From a virus, in IMG/VR virus record IMGVR_UViG_3300042914_002215: DNA of 64,000 nt; one strand, given 5' to 3'. Position 1 is the stretch's first letter; each line of letters opens with the position of its first letter. The notes under the pieces were generated by a model, which searched no databases, was not told where the DNA came from, and worked only from the letters and a program-made list of their open reading frames with translations. The position numbers and the translations under genes are program-made. This document shows, piece by piece, positions 37,977 to 48,785 of the stretch.

Positions 37977-38784
37977 CATATTGATGGTAAGTCACTTTCA
38001 CAAGGACTTTCCATTCAATCATGATTCAAGTTGGATGAAAGCCGCTTTTGCTGGTGGCAGATATCCTTATGGATGGAATCCACCTGGACCCGGCAATTAC
38101 GTCAACACTACACAGATGCATAGTATTCACGAATACATGCATTACTATTCTGGTTGCCATGAGGATGAGTTTCTTCGTGCAATGGGTCAACAAGCATCTG
38201 AATATTACCTGTGGAAGTATGGTCAAGCAGACTACATTGGGTGCACCACATATCGTCGGTACCTGAAGTTTGATGATGGACTTGAACCGAATGTCATCAA
38301 AGCAGGTATGGCACCGACAATTCAAAGTGCAAATTATCTTTCTTCCGATCAACAACGAGATGCAGCATTGACATTGTTGCAAACTCATGATATAATAACA
38401 AATAGACTGACACCTCTACCATGCTCAGTGATTGATCAATATTTACAGTCACAGCCGTCAGAGTATATCAATTTATTCTTAGATGGTATTGAACAATTGA
38501 TGCCAGATTACCGAAGTAAGATGAGCTGGTGGCATGGTAATGAAGCAAGTTTTGAGACTTGCTATATGATGCGTAAGCAACTGTTCAAGAAGTATGTCAG
38601 TGAATTATTTGAACTATTAGAATATGTATGGAAAAATGCAAAAACAGCATATCCAAGAATGCCGACAACATCAGAACCACTGCCGTGGCGATATCCAGGC
38701 TTCTTGGGTGAAAGATTCTTGCCATTCTTTATATACGCAAATGATGTAAACGTGTTTCGGGTTCCGCTTGTGATTCTGGAGTAA
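37969..38784 (+). CDS. DUF4422-like glycan-related protein
   Basis: DYIGCTTYRRY, YMMRKQLF.KY..LF, RYPGFLGERF. Confidence 0.7.
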   Translation: MNDILMVSHFHKDFPFNHDSSWMKAAFAGGRYPYGWNPPGPGNYVNTTQMHSIHEYMHYYSGCHEDEFLRAMGQQASEYYLWKYGQADYIGCTTYRRYLKFDDGLEPNVIKAGMAPTIQSANYLSSDQQRDAALTLLQTHDIITNRLTPLPCSVIDQYLQSQPSEYINLFLDGIEQLMPDYRSKMSWWHGNEASFETCYMMRKQLFKKYVSELFELLEYVWKNAKTAYPRMPTTSEPLPWRYPGFLGERFLPFFIYANDVNVFRVPLVILE

Positions 38785-38838
38785 CCCGGAACGATTTTTC
38801 GACAAAACTCTTATATGCAAGTGAGTGCTTACTTCTAA

Positions 38839-39333
38839 ATGAAAGAGAAATACGTAAAAGCCCATATGAAAGCAGCCAGCGTTTATGCTGAACTTTCTAC
38901 CGCACAAAGATTACAGGTAGGATGTGTAATCGTCAAAGACAACACAATTATTGGTATCGGTTACAATGGTATGCCATCGGGCTGGAATAATATGTGTGAA
39001 GAAGTTGAATTCATTTTCAAAGATGAGTGTCATTACACAAATGAATGGCTGATAGAAAATGGTTTTACCGAAACCGCACATGGATGGACAAGATTGCGTT
39101 CCAAAGCAGAAGTGCTTCATGCTGAATCCAACGCTATTGCAAAAGTTTCTCGGTCAACAAACTCAAGTGATGGGGCATCAATGTTTATTACCCACGCACC
39201 ATGCTTAGAATGTGCTAAAATGATATATCAGTCAGGAATCAAGGAGGTCTATTACAAGCACGATTATAGAAGTAGTGCCGGAATCAACTTTTTGAAACAG
39301 TGTGAAGTTAAAGTTAATAAATGTGAGGAGTAA
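38839..39333 (+). CDS. cd: dCMP deaminase
   Basis: VGCVIV, GYNG, HAESNAI, PCLEC. Confidence 0.92.
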   Translation: MKEKYVKAHMKAASVYAELSTAQRLQVGCVIVKDNTIIGIGYNGMPSGWNNMCEEVEFIFKDECHYTNEWLIENGFTETAHGWTRLRSKAEVLHAESNAIAKVSRSTNSSDGASMFITHAPCLECAKMIYQSGIKEVYYKHDYRSSAGINFLKQCEVKVNKCEE

Positions 39334-39336
39334 ATT

Positions 39337-39567
39337 ATGAGCAATATTACAAAAGTGGCTAAGCAACTTGCTGAAGCAAATTCCAAACTTCCTAAAGCAT
39401 ACAAGTATGATCTTGTAATGCGTGATTTCGACAATAAAGTCGAACTAATCGGTCTTGTTGATGATCCAACATATGACATTGCTGACTTTCGTGGTCGTGA
39501 AATGTTGTTTCCTAAAAAATGGGTCACACTTGACGTTTATGAACCAACAACAAAGGTAACAGTATGA
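39337..39567 (+). CDS. Hypothetical protein
   Basis: GAGGAG SD; ORF. Confidence 0.6.
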   Translation: MSNITKVAKQLAEANSKLPKAYKYDLVMRDFDNKVELIGLVDDPTYDIADFRGREMLFPKKWVTLDVYEPTTKVTV

Positions 39568-39872
39568 GTGATATAAGATGTTTTACATTTAAAACACACC
39601 AAACTATTATTGGTGAAGTAGTGAGTCAAGGTGATGTGGGTTTTTCAATTAAAAATCCAGTTCAAGTAATTTCTGTGCCACCACGTTCAGCAAATGATCC
39701 TGGTGGTGTTGGATTTGCTCCTTATCTTGCTTTCGTTGAAGAGTTTGATAAAGGCATTGCTTTGAAATGGACAGATATTCTCACAAACAATACACCTGTT
39801 CCTGATCTATTGGAACAATATCGTAGAATGTTTAGCCGTATTGAACTAGCACCAGCAGGACTAAAACTTTAA
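39564..39872 (+). CDS. Conserved hypothetical protein upstream of DNA polymerase
   Basis: Coupled ORF; typical position. Confidence 0.6.
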   Translation: MSDIRCFTFKTHQTIIGEVVSQGDVGFSIKNPVQVISVPPRSANDPGGVGFAPYLAFVEEFDKGIALKWTDILTNNTPVPDLLEQYRRMFSRIELAPAGLKL

Positions 39873-42403
39873 TGTCAAAATACTATACAAACGTATGTGT
39901 TCACAGTAATCATATATTGTTTCGTGGTGTAACAAACGGTCGGAGAGTAAAGAGCAAAGTCAAATACTCTCCGACTTTGTTTTTACAGTCTAACAAACAA
40001 TCACAATGGCGTTCATTGTTTAACGACCCATTGGAACCTATGAAATTTGAAACTATTCGGGAGGCACGTGATTTTGTCAAACGTTATGAAGAAGTTGCAA
40101 ACTTTAAAATCTATGGTAATACACGCTATGAATACGCATTCATTGCTGACACTTTTAGAGGCGTTATTGATTGGGACATTTCTCAGTTACATGTTGCTTT
40201 CATAGACATTGAGGTTGGTTCAGAGAATGGCTTTCCTAATCCATATAAAGCAACTGAACCTATCACTGCAATTGGTATTCACAGACTGGGTGGTAAAACT
40301 AAAGTCTATGGATGTGGATCATATCGCAACAATGATGAGAATGTAGATTATGTTACTTGCAAAGATGAAATCGACTTGTGTGAACGTTTCCTTGCTGATT
40401 GGACAAGCGATCACCCTGACGTTGTTACTGGTTGGAATATCAAGTTCTTTGATGTACCTTACCTTGTCAATCGTATTACACGTATACTTGGCGAAGATGA
40501 CGTAAAGAAAATGTCACCTTGGGAAATAATCTCTCAACGTGACACCGTGTTCAAAGGCAAAGAACAAACAGTTTATGATATTGTGGGTGTGTCTGCACTT
40601 GACTATCTTGAATTGTATCAGTGGTATGCGCCCGGTGGCAGAAACATTGAAAACTATCGTCTTGATACGGTCGCAAACGTAGAACTTGGTGAAAGCAAGT
40701 TGTCATATGATGAGTATGACAGCCTTCATCAATTATACAAACTTGACTATCAAAAGTTCATTGACTATAACATCAAAGATGTAAAACTGGTTCTGAGACT
40801 TGAAGATAAGTTGAAGTTGATTGAACTAGCACTGACTCTTGCGTATGATACCAAGACAAATTATGATGATGTTTTTGCACAGACAAGAATGTGGGACGCA
40901 CTGATCTACAACTATCTGCTAGAAAGAAATGTTGTTGTACCTCCACGCCGTATTGCGAAAAAGAATGAAGCGTTTGAGGGTGCATATGTCAAAGAGCCAC
41001 AGATTGGTATGCACGATTGGGTTGCATCATTTGACTTGAACAGTCTGTATCCACATTTGATTATGCAATACAATATTTCGCCAGAAACACTTGTTGAGAC
41101 ACGTGATTATACTGATGAAATGCGTGATCTTGCAGTGAAAGCATCCGTTGAAAGTTTACTGAATAAAGAACTAAACACTAGTAAACTTGAAAAGGTCACA
41201 ATCACACCAAATGGACAGTTCTTCCGCACAGACAAGCAAGGCTTTCTGCCAGCCATGATGGTCGATATGTATGAAGATCGTAAGAAGTTCAAGAAGTTGA
41301 TGATTCAATCACAGAAAGATTACGAAAAAGAAACAAATGAATCTAAAAGAAAAGAAATTGAAAAGCTGATTGCAAGATATAACAATCTTCAACTTGCCAA
41401 GAAAGTTTCACTAAACTCAGCCTACGGCGCAATGGGCTCTCAGTATTTCAGGTTTTATGATTTGCGTCAAGCACTTGCTATTACTCAAGCTGGTCAATTA
41501 TCCATTCGTTGGATTGAAAACAAACTCAACGAATATTTGAATAAAATCCTAAAATCTAATACTGACTATGTTATTGCTTCGGATACAGATTCTATCTATC
41601 TCAATCTTGGTCCATTGGTTAATTCTGTGTATGAGAAAAAACCATCAACTGAGAAAGTTATCGCCTTCATGGACAAAATCTGTGAGGAGAAGATTCAACC
41701 ATATATCGATCAGAGTTATCAGGAACTTGCTGAATATGTTCATGCGTTCGACCAAAAAATGCAAATGAAACGTGAAGGCTTGTCCGATAAAGGTATCTGG
41801 ACTGCAAAGAAACGATATATTCTGAATGTGTATAACAATGAAGGTGTTCAGTATGCCAAGCCAAAACTCAAAGTCATGGGTCTTGAAATGGTCAAGTCAT
41901 CAACACCTACTGTTGTACGTGACAAGATGTATGAATTGGTAGATTTGGTTGTAAACACAGATGAACAAACCGTTCAAAAGTTTATTGCCGATTTCAAACA
42001 AGAGTTTATGAAACTACCTGTTGAAGATATATCTTTTCCACGTGGACTCAATGGTTTGAAAGATTATTCTGATTCCAAAACAATATATAAAAAGGGAACA
42101 CCTATTCATGTCAAGGGTGCTATACTTTACAATCACTTCCTAAAAGAGTATAATATAACTAATAAGTATCCTCTTTTGCAAGAAGGTGAGAAACTAAAGT
42201 TTACCTATCTAAAAACGCCAAATCATTTCAAAGATACAGTAATCTCATTTCCAATGAGATTGCCTAAAGAGTTTGATTTGCAGCCCTTTATTGATTATGA
42301 AACACAATTTGAAAAGACTTTCATTGATCCAATTCAAATCATTCTAACATGCATTGGTTGGAACACTGAGAAAAAATCTACACTAGAAGATTTCTTCGGA
42401 TGA
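39872..42403 (+). CDS. gp43: DNA polymerase family B
   Basis: DIEV exonuclease, SFDLNSLYP, KVSLNSAYG, SDTDS, KKRY. Confidence 0.98.
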   Translation: MSKYYTNVCVHSNHILFRGVTNGRRVKSKVKYSPTLFLQSNKQSQWRSLFNDPLEPMKFETIREARDFVKRYEEVANFKIYGNTRYEYAFIADTFRGVIDWDISQLHVAFIDIEVGSENGFPNPYKATEPITAIGIHRLGGKTKVYGCGSYRNNDENVDYVTCKDEIDLCERFLADWTSDHPDVVTGWNIKFFDVPYLVNRITRILGEDDVKKMSPWEIISQRDTVFKGKEQTVYDIVGVSALDYLELYQWYAPGGRNIENYRLDTVANVELGESKLSYDEYDSLHQLYKLDYQKFIDYNIKDVKLVLRLEDKLKLIELALTLAYDTKTNYDDVFAQTRMWDALIYNYLLERNVVVPPRRIAKKNEAFEGAYVKEPQIGMHDWVASFDLNSLYPHLIMQYNISPETLVETRDYTDEMRDLAVKASVESLLNKELNTSKLEKVTITPNGQFFRTDKQGFLPAMMVDMYEDRKKFKKLMIQSQKDYEKETNESKRKEIEKLIARYNNLQLAKKVSLNSAYGAMGSQYFRFYDLRQALAITQAGQLSIRWIENKLNEYLNKILKSNTDYVIASDTDSIYLNLGPLVNSVYEKKPSTEKVIAFMDKICEEKIQPYIDQSYQELAEYVHAFDQKMQMKREGLSDKGIWTAKKRYILNVYNNEGVQYAKPKLKVMGLEMVKSSTPTVVRDKMYELVDLVVNTDEQTVQKFIADFKQEFMKLPVEDISFPRGLNGLKDYSDSKTIYKKGTPIHVKGAILYNHFLKEYNITNKYPLLQEGEKLKFTYLKTPNHFKDTVISFPMRLPKEFDLQPFIDYETQFEKTFIDPIQIILTCIGWNTEKKSTLEDFFG

Positions 42404-43311
42404 TACATGTAATATTGCCATTTTTGACTGCCATTGCTTTATCGGGTATTGCTGCATATTACTCGGTGATTGGTCTTGCACAGATATTTCCAGGTTCATA
42501 CTGGCCCATCATCATCATGGGTTCTGTGCTTGAAGCAGCAAAATTGGTAACTGTATCGTGGGTATATAATCATTGGAAGTCAACATTCTCTGCACTCAAA
42601 CTTTATTTTCTCATTGCTGTAGTGCTGTTGATGGGCATCACTTCAATGGGAATCTTTGGTTATCTTTCAAAGGCACACATTGAACATTCAAGCACTGTAG
42701 CACCACAAGTAGCAAAGGTAGAAATCTATGAGGAAAAGATCAAAGTTATTCAATCGCAGATTGAGAGGAACAACAAGAATCTTAGTCAGTATGATGAGGC
42801 TGTCGATCAAGTTATGGTCAGGTCGAAGGATGAGAAAGGTGCCGAAAAGGCGAACCAAATACGTAAAGCCCAACAGAAAGACCGTGAGAGAATCATTGCA
42901 GAGACTAAGAGGCTACAAAAAGAGATACAGTTACTCACGGAAGAAAAACTTCCTCTATCCTTGGAAGTTCGCAAGGCTGAGTCGGATTTGGGGCCTATAA
43001 AATATGTTGCTGAAGTTGTATATGGCACACATGATCGTGACTTGATTGATAAAGCAGTTCGTTTGGTAATCTTTGTCATCATTGTGGTATTTGATCCGTT
43101 GGCAGTATTGTTGTTGATAGCAGCCAATCAAACATACCGCAGAATCAAAGAAGAGAAAGATGAACCTGAGCCAGTCAAAAAGGTAGCAAAGAAGAAAAAG
43201 ATTGACACACCACCAACAAATAGTTTAGAATCATTCTTTAGTGATGATAAACACACAGTAATACCAAAAGACAAAATCGCAAATATTGGAGAAATTGATG
43301 AGCGTACTTGA
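42400..43311 (+). CDS. Membrane protein with coiled-coil region
   Basis: Three N-terminal hydrophobic helices, coiled coil, VFDPLAVLLL helix. Confidence 0.65.
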   Translation: MIHVILPFLTAIALSGIAAYYSVIGLAQIFPGSYWPIIIMGSVLEAAKLVTVSWVYNHWKSTFSALKLYFLIAVVLLMGITSMGIFGYLSKAHIEHSSTVAPQVAKVEIYEEKIKVIQSQIERNNKNLSQYDEAVDQVMVRSKDEKGAEKANQIRKAQQKDRERIIAETKRLQKEIQLLTEEKLPLSLEVRKAESDLGPIKYVAEVVYGTHDRDLIDKAVRLVIFVIIVVFDPLAVLLLIAANQTYRRIKEEKDEPEPVKKVAKKKKIDTPPTNSLESFFSDDKHTVIPKDKIANIGEIDERT

Positions 43312-44359
43312 TAAACTGAAGAAAGCATCAACGATCAAAGAAACATCGGTGCTTTCTAAATCTAAGTTCTTTACAGAGAAAGACATGATTCAAACTGATG
43401 TGCCAATTGTGAATGTGGCACTATCAGGCAATCTTGATGGTGGTCTGACACCAGGATTGACGATGTTTGCGGGTCCATCGAAACACTTCAAAACCGCCTT
43501 TGCACTTTTGATGGCAAAATCATACATGAACAAGTATGATGATGCAGTTGTTTTGTTTTATGATTCAGAGTTTGGCACACCACAATCATACTTTGATGCT
43601 TTTGGTATTGATACTGAGCGTGTTCTACATACACCTATCACAGATGTTGAACAATTGAAACATGATATCATGAATCAATTACAGAACATTGAAAAGACTG
43701 ATAAAGTAATTATCATTCTTGACTCTATTGGTAATCTTGCATCAAAGAAAGAAGTTGAAGATTCAATTGAAGGCAAATCTGTTGCTGATATGAGCCGAGC
43801 AAAACAGATGAAGTCTTTGTTTCGTATGGTGACGCCACATCTGACAATCAAAGATATTCCTATGGTTGTTGTCAATCACACATACAAAGAGATTGGTTTG
43901 TATCCTAAAGATATTGTTGGTGGTGGCACAGGCTCATATTATTCAGCAGATACAATCTGGATTCTAGGTCGTCAACAAGACAAAGATGGTACAGAGATTG
44001 TCGGCTACAACTTCATCATCAATGTAGAAAAGAGTAGATATGTCAGAGAAAAATCCAAAATACCTGTTACTGTATCTTTTGACGGTGGTATCAACAAGTG
44101 GTCTGGTTTATTGGATATTGCACTCGAAGGCAATTTCGTCACTAAGCCAAGCAATGGTTGGTATGCCAAAGTAGATCAAGAAACTGGTGAAGTTCTTGAA
44201 AAGAAACGCTTTGCTGATACACAGACAGAAGAATTCTGGAAAGATATTCTTGCTGATGAACGTTTCAAAGAGTTTGTAAGGAAAAAATATGAAATCACTT
44301 ATAGCAGCATTATGGGACAAGATGTCGTTCAGGAAGAAGAAGTTGAAATATCAGATTAA
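43298..44359 (+). CDS. uvsX: RecA-like recombinase UvsX
   Basis: AGPSKHFKT, FYDSEFG, DSIGNLASKKE. Confidence 0.95.
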   Translation: MSVLDKLKKASTIKETSVLSKSKFFTEKDMIQTDVPIVNVALSGNLDGGLTPGLTMFAGPSKHFKTAFALLMAKSYMNKYDDAVVLFYDSEFGTPQSYFDAFGIDTERVLHTPITDVEQLKHDIMNQLQNIEKTDKVIIILDSIGNLASKKEVEDSIEGKSVADMSRAKQMKSLFRMVTPHLTIKDIPMVVVNHTYKEIGLYPKDIVGGGTGSYYSADTIWILGRQQDKDGTEIVGYNFIINVEKSRYVREKSKIPVTVSFDGGINKWSGLLDIALEGNFVTKPSNGWYAKVDQETGEVLEKKRFADTQTEEFWKDILADERFKEFVRKKYEITYSSIMGQDVVQEEEVEISD

Positions 44360-44654
44360 CGAAGATTTTCAATTTCTTCCATCTGATGATGACAAGATAA
44401 CTGGCATCGGCATACTGAAAGGAAAGTATGCTGGTGTTCTTTATCATTATGGCAAAGCAAGAGTGATAGAAGAGGGTGATTTTGCAAGATTAACTTTTGA
44501 CTATACTATCATTCACACACCCACATTCACCGTTCATGAGTTGCAAACTGATGAAGAATTTCATACAATGATAGGTGATATACTAACTGAAATACTCATG
44601 GAACAATCCGATGAAAAGACTCGAAACAATTATTCTGAAGAACTTGATATTTAA
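44289..44654 (+). CDS. Hypothetical protein (gp40 position)
   Basis: Between uvsX and gp41. Confidence 0.5.
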   Translation: MKSLIAALWDKMSFRKKKLKYQINEDFQFLPSDDDKITGIGILKGKYAGVLYHYGKARVIEEGDFARLTFDYTIIHTPTFTVHELQTDEEFHTMIGDILTEILMEQSDEKTRNNYSEELDI

Positions 44655-46014
44655 TGAAGAATATGCACGAAAAATTATTCCGTTTCTGAAAAACGAATAC
44701 TTCTCAGATACCACAGAGAAAAATCTTTTTGAGGAAATTAATAGTCACATCCACCAATTCAAACATCTTCCAACATACGAATCACTTGTAATAAACTTTA
44801 CTGAATCACGTAAACTGACAGAAGAGCAGGTCAGAAATGCTGTTGAAATGATTCGTGAAATCAACGCAGACAAAAATGATCCAACTGACGTAGACTGGCT
44901 CATCAAGCAAACTGAAAAGTTTTGCCAAGACAAAGCAATCTACAATGCCATCATGAAGTCTGTTAAGATTCTTGATGAAAGAGAAAACAAAGAAGATAAG
45001 GGTGTAATTCCAAAGTTGTTGAGTGATGCACTTGGTGTGTCATTTGACAGGTCTGTCGGTCATGATTATATTGATGACTCAGACAACCGATTTGAATTCT
45101 ATCATCGTCACGAAACAAAGATACCATTTGATCTTGACCTATTCAACAAGATTACAAAAGGCGGTCTGCCAAAGAAAACACTAAACATTGCACTTGCTGG
45201 TACTGGTGTTGGTAAGTCACTGTTCATGTGTCATGTTGCCGGTTCTTGTCTTGCACAAGGTCTGAATGTGTTGTACATCACGATGGAAATGGCAGAAGAA
45301 CGAATTGCCGAACGTATTGATGCCAATCTATTGAATATTGATATTGCAGACTTGAACTCTATCAGTAAACAAGACTATGATCGAAAGTTCTCCGCACTCA
45401 AAGTAAAGACGCATGGTAAACTGATCATCAAAGAATATCCAACAGCAGCAGCATCAGCACTCCACTTCAGAGCATTGTTAAACGAATTGCAACTAAAGAA
45501 AAGTTTTAAACCTGACATCATCTTTATTGACTATCTTAACATTTGTGCAAGTGCCAGAATCAAGCCTGGTGCTAACGTAAACAGTTATTCTTATATCAAG
45601 GCTATTGCCGAAGAATTGAGAGGTCTGGCCGTTGAGTTTGATGTTCCGATAGTCTCTGCTACTCAGACTACCAGAAGCGGCTTCACCAGCTCGGATCCAG
45701 GTTTGGAAGATACGTCAGAGTCGTTTGGTCTGCCAGCCACAGCAGATTTTATGTTTGCTTTGATAAGCACAGAAGAGTTGCAACAATTGAATCAGATAAT
45801 GATCAAACAACTCAAAAATCGTTACAATGATCCAAATTATTTCAAACGATTCGTTGTGGGTATTGACAGAGCCAAGATGAAATTGTATGATGTTGAACAG
45901 GGAGCACAAGATGATCTGGTAGATGCAGGTCAAGTGCCACCAGACAAGCCTTTGAATACCTTCGGTGAACGTGAAAGACAGTCGGGTAATAAGTTCGGAG
46001 GCTTCAAAGTATAA
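44611..46014 (+). CDS. gp41: Replicative DNA helicase
   Basis: AGTGVGKS, IFIDYLNI, ATQTTRSG, SESFGLPATAD, KQLKNRY. Confidence 0.96.
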   Translation: MKRLETIILKNLIFNEEYARKIIPFLKNEYFSDTTEKNLFEEINSHIHQFKHLPTYESLVINFTESRKLTEEQVRNAVEMIREINADKNDPTDVDWLIKQTEKFCQDKAIYNAIMKSVKILDERENKEDKGVIPKLLSDALGVSFDRSVGHDYIDDSDNRFEFYHRHETKIPFDLDLFNKITKGGLPKKTLNIALAGTGVGKSLFMCHVAGSCLAQGLNVLYITMEMAEERIAERIDANLLNIDIADLNSISKQDYDRKFSALKVKTHGKLIIKEYPTAAASALHFRALLNELQLKKSFKPDIIFIDYLNICASARIKPGANVNSYSYIKAIAEELRGLAVEFDVPIVSATQTTRSGFTSSDPGLEDTSESFGLPATADFMFALISTEELQQLNQIMIKQLKNRYNDPNYFKRFVVGIDRAKMKLYDVEQGAQDDLVDAGQVPPDKPLNTFGERERQSGNKFGGFKV

Positions 46015-46017
46015 ATA
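46010..46017 (+). promoter_or_regulatory. T4-type late promoter
   Basis: TATAAATA overlapping the gp41 stop. Confidence 0.8.
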
Positions 46018-46038
46018 CTCTAATAACTTGGAGGATTT

Positions 46039-46791
46039 ATGGCTGCACAACAGGGATTTCAGTATGAAAAAAATGCAGCAGCAGAGCTGAAAAAATTTGG
46101 TCTTGTTCCCAAAAGTTTCGTGCCAGCCGGTGCGGGTCATGATCAGCCCGACTTGTTACTAGAGTATAAGAAAAAAAAATCTGGTTGTGAGTTGAAGATT
46201 ACTGCCGCATCTGCTGGTTCTCTTGTCATGAAGTATGATATAAACGATAAGAAAAATCCATGGAAATTTGGTGATATCAAAGCAGATGATGATGAAAAAT
46301 TATTCATTCGTGATCTAGCATATGAAGTTGGACTTTTTGATATAATCAAAAAACAATGGAAAGATGTGCCATATAAAAGAGATAAAGATGCTAAGTGGGA
46401 AGCAACAGCAGGTAAACTAACACCACAGCAACGATATGAACGTGATAGAGATACCTTCAAAGATATTCGTGGAGAAATATCAGCAACGAAAATTGAAGAA
46501 TATTATAACAAAAAAGATACGTATTACGTGAATGTTGGTACTCACGGATTTTATTTGATGGGTATCAAAAATCCACTAAAACTCAAAGACGTGCCGATGT
46601 TTGGTAAGTCAGCAAAGGCAACATATCGTGCAAGAGTACAATACAAAGGCAGTGGCAATTATCAATTTACTTTTGAGATGCAGTTCTCAATACCAGCAAA
46701 TAAAAAATCACCATTCAATATAGCGCCAGTAAGTGGCAAGAATGTAAACATAATAAAAAAAGAAATCAATCTAAGCTGTTTCGACATATGA
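46039..46791 (+). CDS. Putative PD-(D/E)XK nuclease-fold protein
   Basis: GFQYE...PDLLL...GCELK. Confidence 0.5.
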   Translation: MAAQQGFQYEKNAAAELKKFGLVPKSFVPAGAGHDQPDLLLEYKKKKSGCELKITAASAGSLVMKYDINDKKNPWKFGDIKADDDEKLFIRDLAYEVGLFDIIKKQWKDVPYKRDKDAKWEATAGKLTPQQRYERDRDTFKDIRGEISATKIEEYYNKKDTYYVNVGTHGFYLMGIKNPLKLKDVPMFGKSAKATYRARVQYKGSGNYQFTFEMQFSIPANKKSPFNIAPVSGKNVNIIKKEINLSCFDI

Positions 46792-48011
46792 AATTCATGG
46801 ACTATCTAAAAGAGAGTAAAGAGGGCAAGAATGTTCATTTAGAACATCTTGAGGATAATGTATTAAACAATGGAGTTACAGGTGCACGTGAAGCAATAGA
46901 TTTTCTGCGTTCTTTACGTAACATGCTTGCAGGTCACACAGGCACAAAAATGAATGTGACTACAAAATGGGATGGTGCACCGGCAATCTTTGCTGGCACA
47001 AATCCAGAGAATGGTAAGTTTTTTGTTGGTACTAAATCAGTGTTTGCAAAAAATGCAAAATTGAATTATACTGATGAAGATATTGATGAAAATCATCCGA
47101 GTGAAGGACTCAATCAAAAACTAAAACTTGCATTAGCATTCTTACCTAAGTTAGGTATCAAAGGTGTTCTGCAAGGTGATATGATGTTCTCTAAAGGAGA
47201 TATCAAGCATGAGACAATCGATGGAGAAGATTATATCATCTTTCAACCAAATACAATCGTATATGCAGTCCCAACAAAATCAAAGTTGGCACAAGCAATG
47301 CTTGCTGCACAAATTGGCGTGGTATTCCATACATCATACTCTGGTAAAACACTTGAGACAATGAAAGCGTCATTTAACATTGATATTGGTCACTTGAAAA
47401 CTACCAAAGATGTTTGGTTTCGTGATGCATCATTCACTGACGCATCTGGTTCAGCTACATTCACCGAAGAAGAAACGGCCGAAATCACATCAATTCTTTC
47501 ACAAGCAGGTCGTGTATTTCAAACAATACCTGCACTGACATTGAATCGTGTTGCTGCATCTGATGTGTTTCTGACACAAATTAAAACGTTCAATAATACC
47601 AAAGTTCGTGAAGGTAAAAAGATTGCAGACACCAGAATTCATACACAAGAACTGATAAACTGGGTTGAAGCAAAACTAAACAAAGAAGTATTAGCCGCAA
47701 AGAAAGAAGATACAAAACAGAAACGTATCAAAGAGAAAAATGAAGTCATGCGTTTTTATCGTTCAAATGCAATCTATCTAAAACAAATATTTGATTTGAT
47801 GAATCTGATTGTTGATGCCAAGTTGATGATTATCCGTAAACTTGAAACAATTAGGAGCATCGGCACGTTTGTACGTACCGATGACGGTTTTCGTATTACG
47901 GCTCCCGAAGGGTTTGTTGCCGTTGATCACTTAGGCAAAGCATTGAAACTGGTAGATAGATTAGAATTCAGTCACAAAAACTTTACAGCACAGAAAGCGT
48001 GGGACAAATGA
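46788..48011 (+). CDS. Nucleic-acid-ligase-like protein with capsid-targeting-like leader
   Basis: MKFMDYLKE leader; TKWDG (KxDG motif I), LQGDMM, EGFVAV, LKLVD. Confidence 0.6.
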   Translation: MKFMDYLKESKEGKNVHLEHLEDNVLNNGVTGAREAIDFLRSLRNMLAGHTGTKMNVTTKWDGAPAIFAGTNPENGKFFVGTKSVFAKNAKLNYTDEDIDENHPSEGLNQKLKLALAFLPKLGIKGVLQGDMMFSKGDIKHETIDGEDYIIFQPNTIVYAVPTKSKLAQAMLAAQIGVVFHTSYSGKTLETMKASFNIDIGHLKTTKDVWFRDASFTDASGSATFTEEETAEITSILSQAGRVFQTIPALTLNRVAASDVFLTQIKTFNNTKVREGKKIADTRIHTQELINWVEAKLNKEVLAAKKEDTKQKRIKEKNEVMRFYRSNAIYLKQIFDLMNLIVDAKLMIIRKLETIRSIGTFVRTDDGFRITAPEGFVAVDHLGKALKLVDRLEFSHKNFTAQKAWDK

Positions 48012-48280
48012 GTTACGATATCAATAAGATTTTAGCAGAGTATGCAGATGATGACTTTGGCTTCAGTGCAGTAGATGAAGTTGAATATGAAGCAGTCATT
48101 GCAGAAAAAGACGAAACTGTTGAAGAGTACAAAGAAAGACTTCAACAAGTAGAAAAGATTATCATGCCATTTCTGACCAATCTATACAAGACTGCCAGCC
48201 AGCCATACATTCATTGGCCTAATCGTGGTCCTATTATTGAGAAACAGATGCAGAAAATTCTGACATTGACGAGGGGCTAA
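48008..48280 (+). CDS. Conserved hypothetical protein
   Basis: [23 protein letters not shown]. Confidence 0.6.
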   Translation: MSYDINKILAEYADDDFGFSAVDEVEYEAVIAEKDETVEEYKERLQQVEKIIMPFLTNLYKTASQPYIHWPNRGPIIEKQMQKILTLTRG

Positions 48281-48600
48281 TGTTCAACATCACATCAACT
48301 GCTGCAAAGAAAATCAAATCAATAATTGATGAAGAAAACCCAGATTTGAAACTACGTGTGTTCGTACAGGGTGGTGGTTGCACAGGTTTTCAGTATGGCT
48401 TTACACTTGAAGAACAATCAGAAGCCGATGATCATGTGTTTGAACGTGATGGCATACAGGTTGTCATAGATAGTATTAGTATGCATTATGTGAATGATGC
48501 GGAAATTGATTATGAAGAATCATTGATGGGTTCACAATTCAAAATCAAAAATCCTAATGTAACTGCAACTTGCGGTTGTGGTTCATCATTTGCCGTATGA
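48280..48600 (+). CDS. erpA: Fe-S cluster insertion protein (ErpA/IscA family)
   Basis: [20 protein letters not shown]...CGCGSSF. Confidence 0.93.
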   Translation: MFNITSTAAKKIKSIIDEENPDLKLRVFVQGGGCTGFQYGFTLEEQSEADDHVFERDGIQVVIDSISMHYVNDAEIDYEESLMGSQFKIKNPNVTATCGCGSSFAV

Positions 48601-48770
48601 AAACATTCAAAGAATATCTAACAGAGAAACAAGAGTTTGTATCAAAGGCTGGTGCTGGTGAATGGGGTCGTCCAGAACTGAGAGATAAATATCTCACTGA
48701 CACGCCAGGTCAAAGTACAAAACAATACAAAAAGTTTACAGGAAACTGGGCAACGACAGACAGAAAATAA
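48597..48770 (+). CDS. Small putative internal head protein
   Basis: [10 protein letters not shown] leader resembles the T4 internal-protein capsid targeting sequence. Confidence 0.6.
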   Translation: MKTFKEYLTEKQEFVSKAGAGEWGRPELRDKYLTDTPGQSTKQYKKFTGNWATTDRK

Positions 48771-48785
48771 ATTATTGGAGATATT

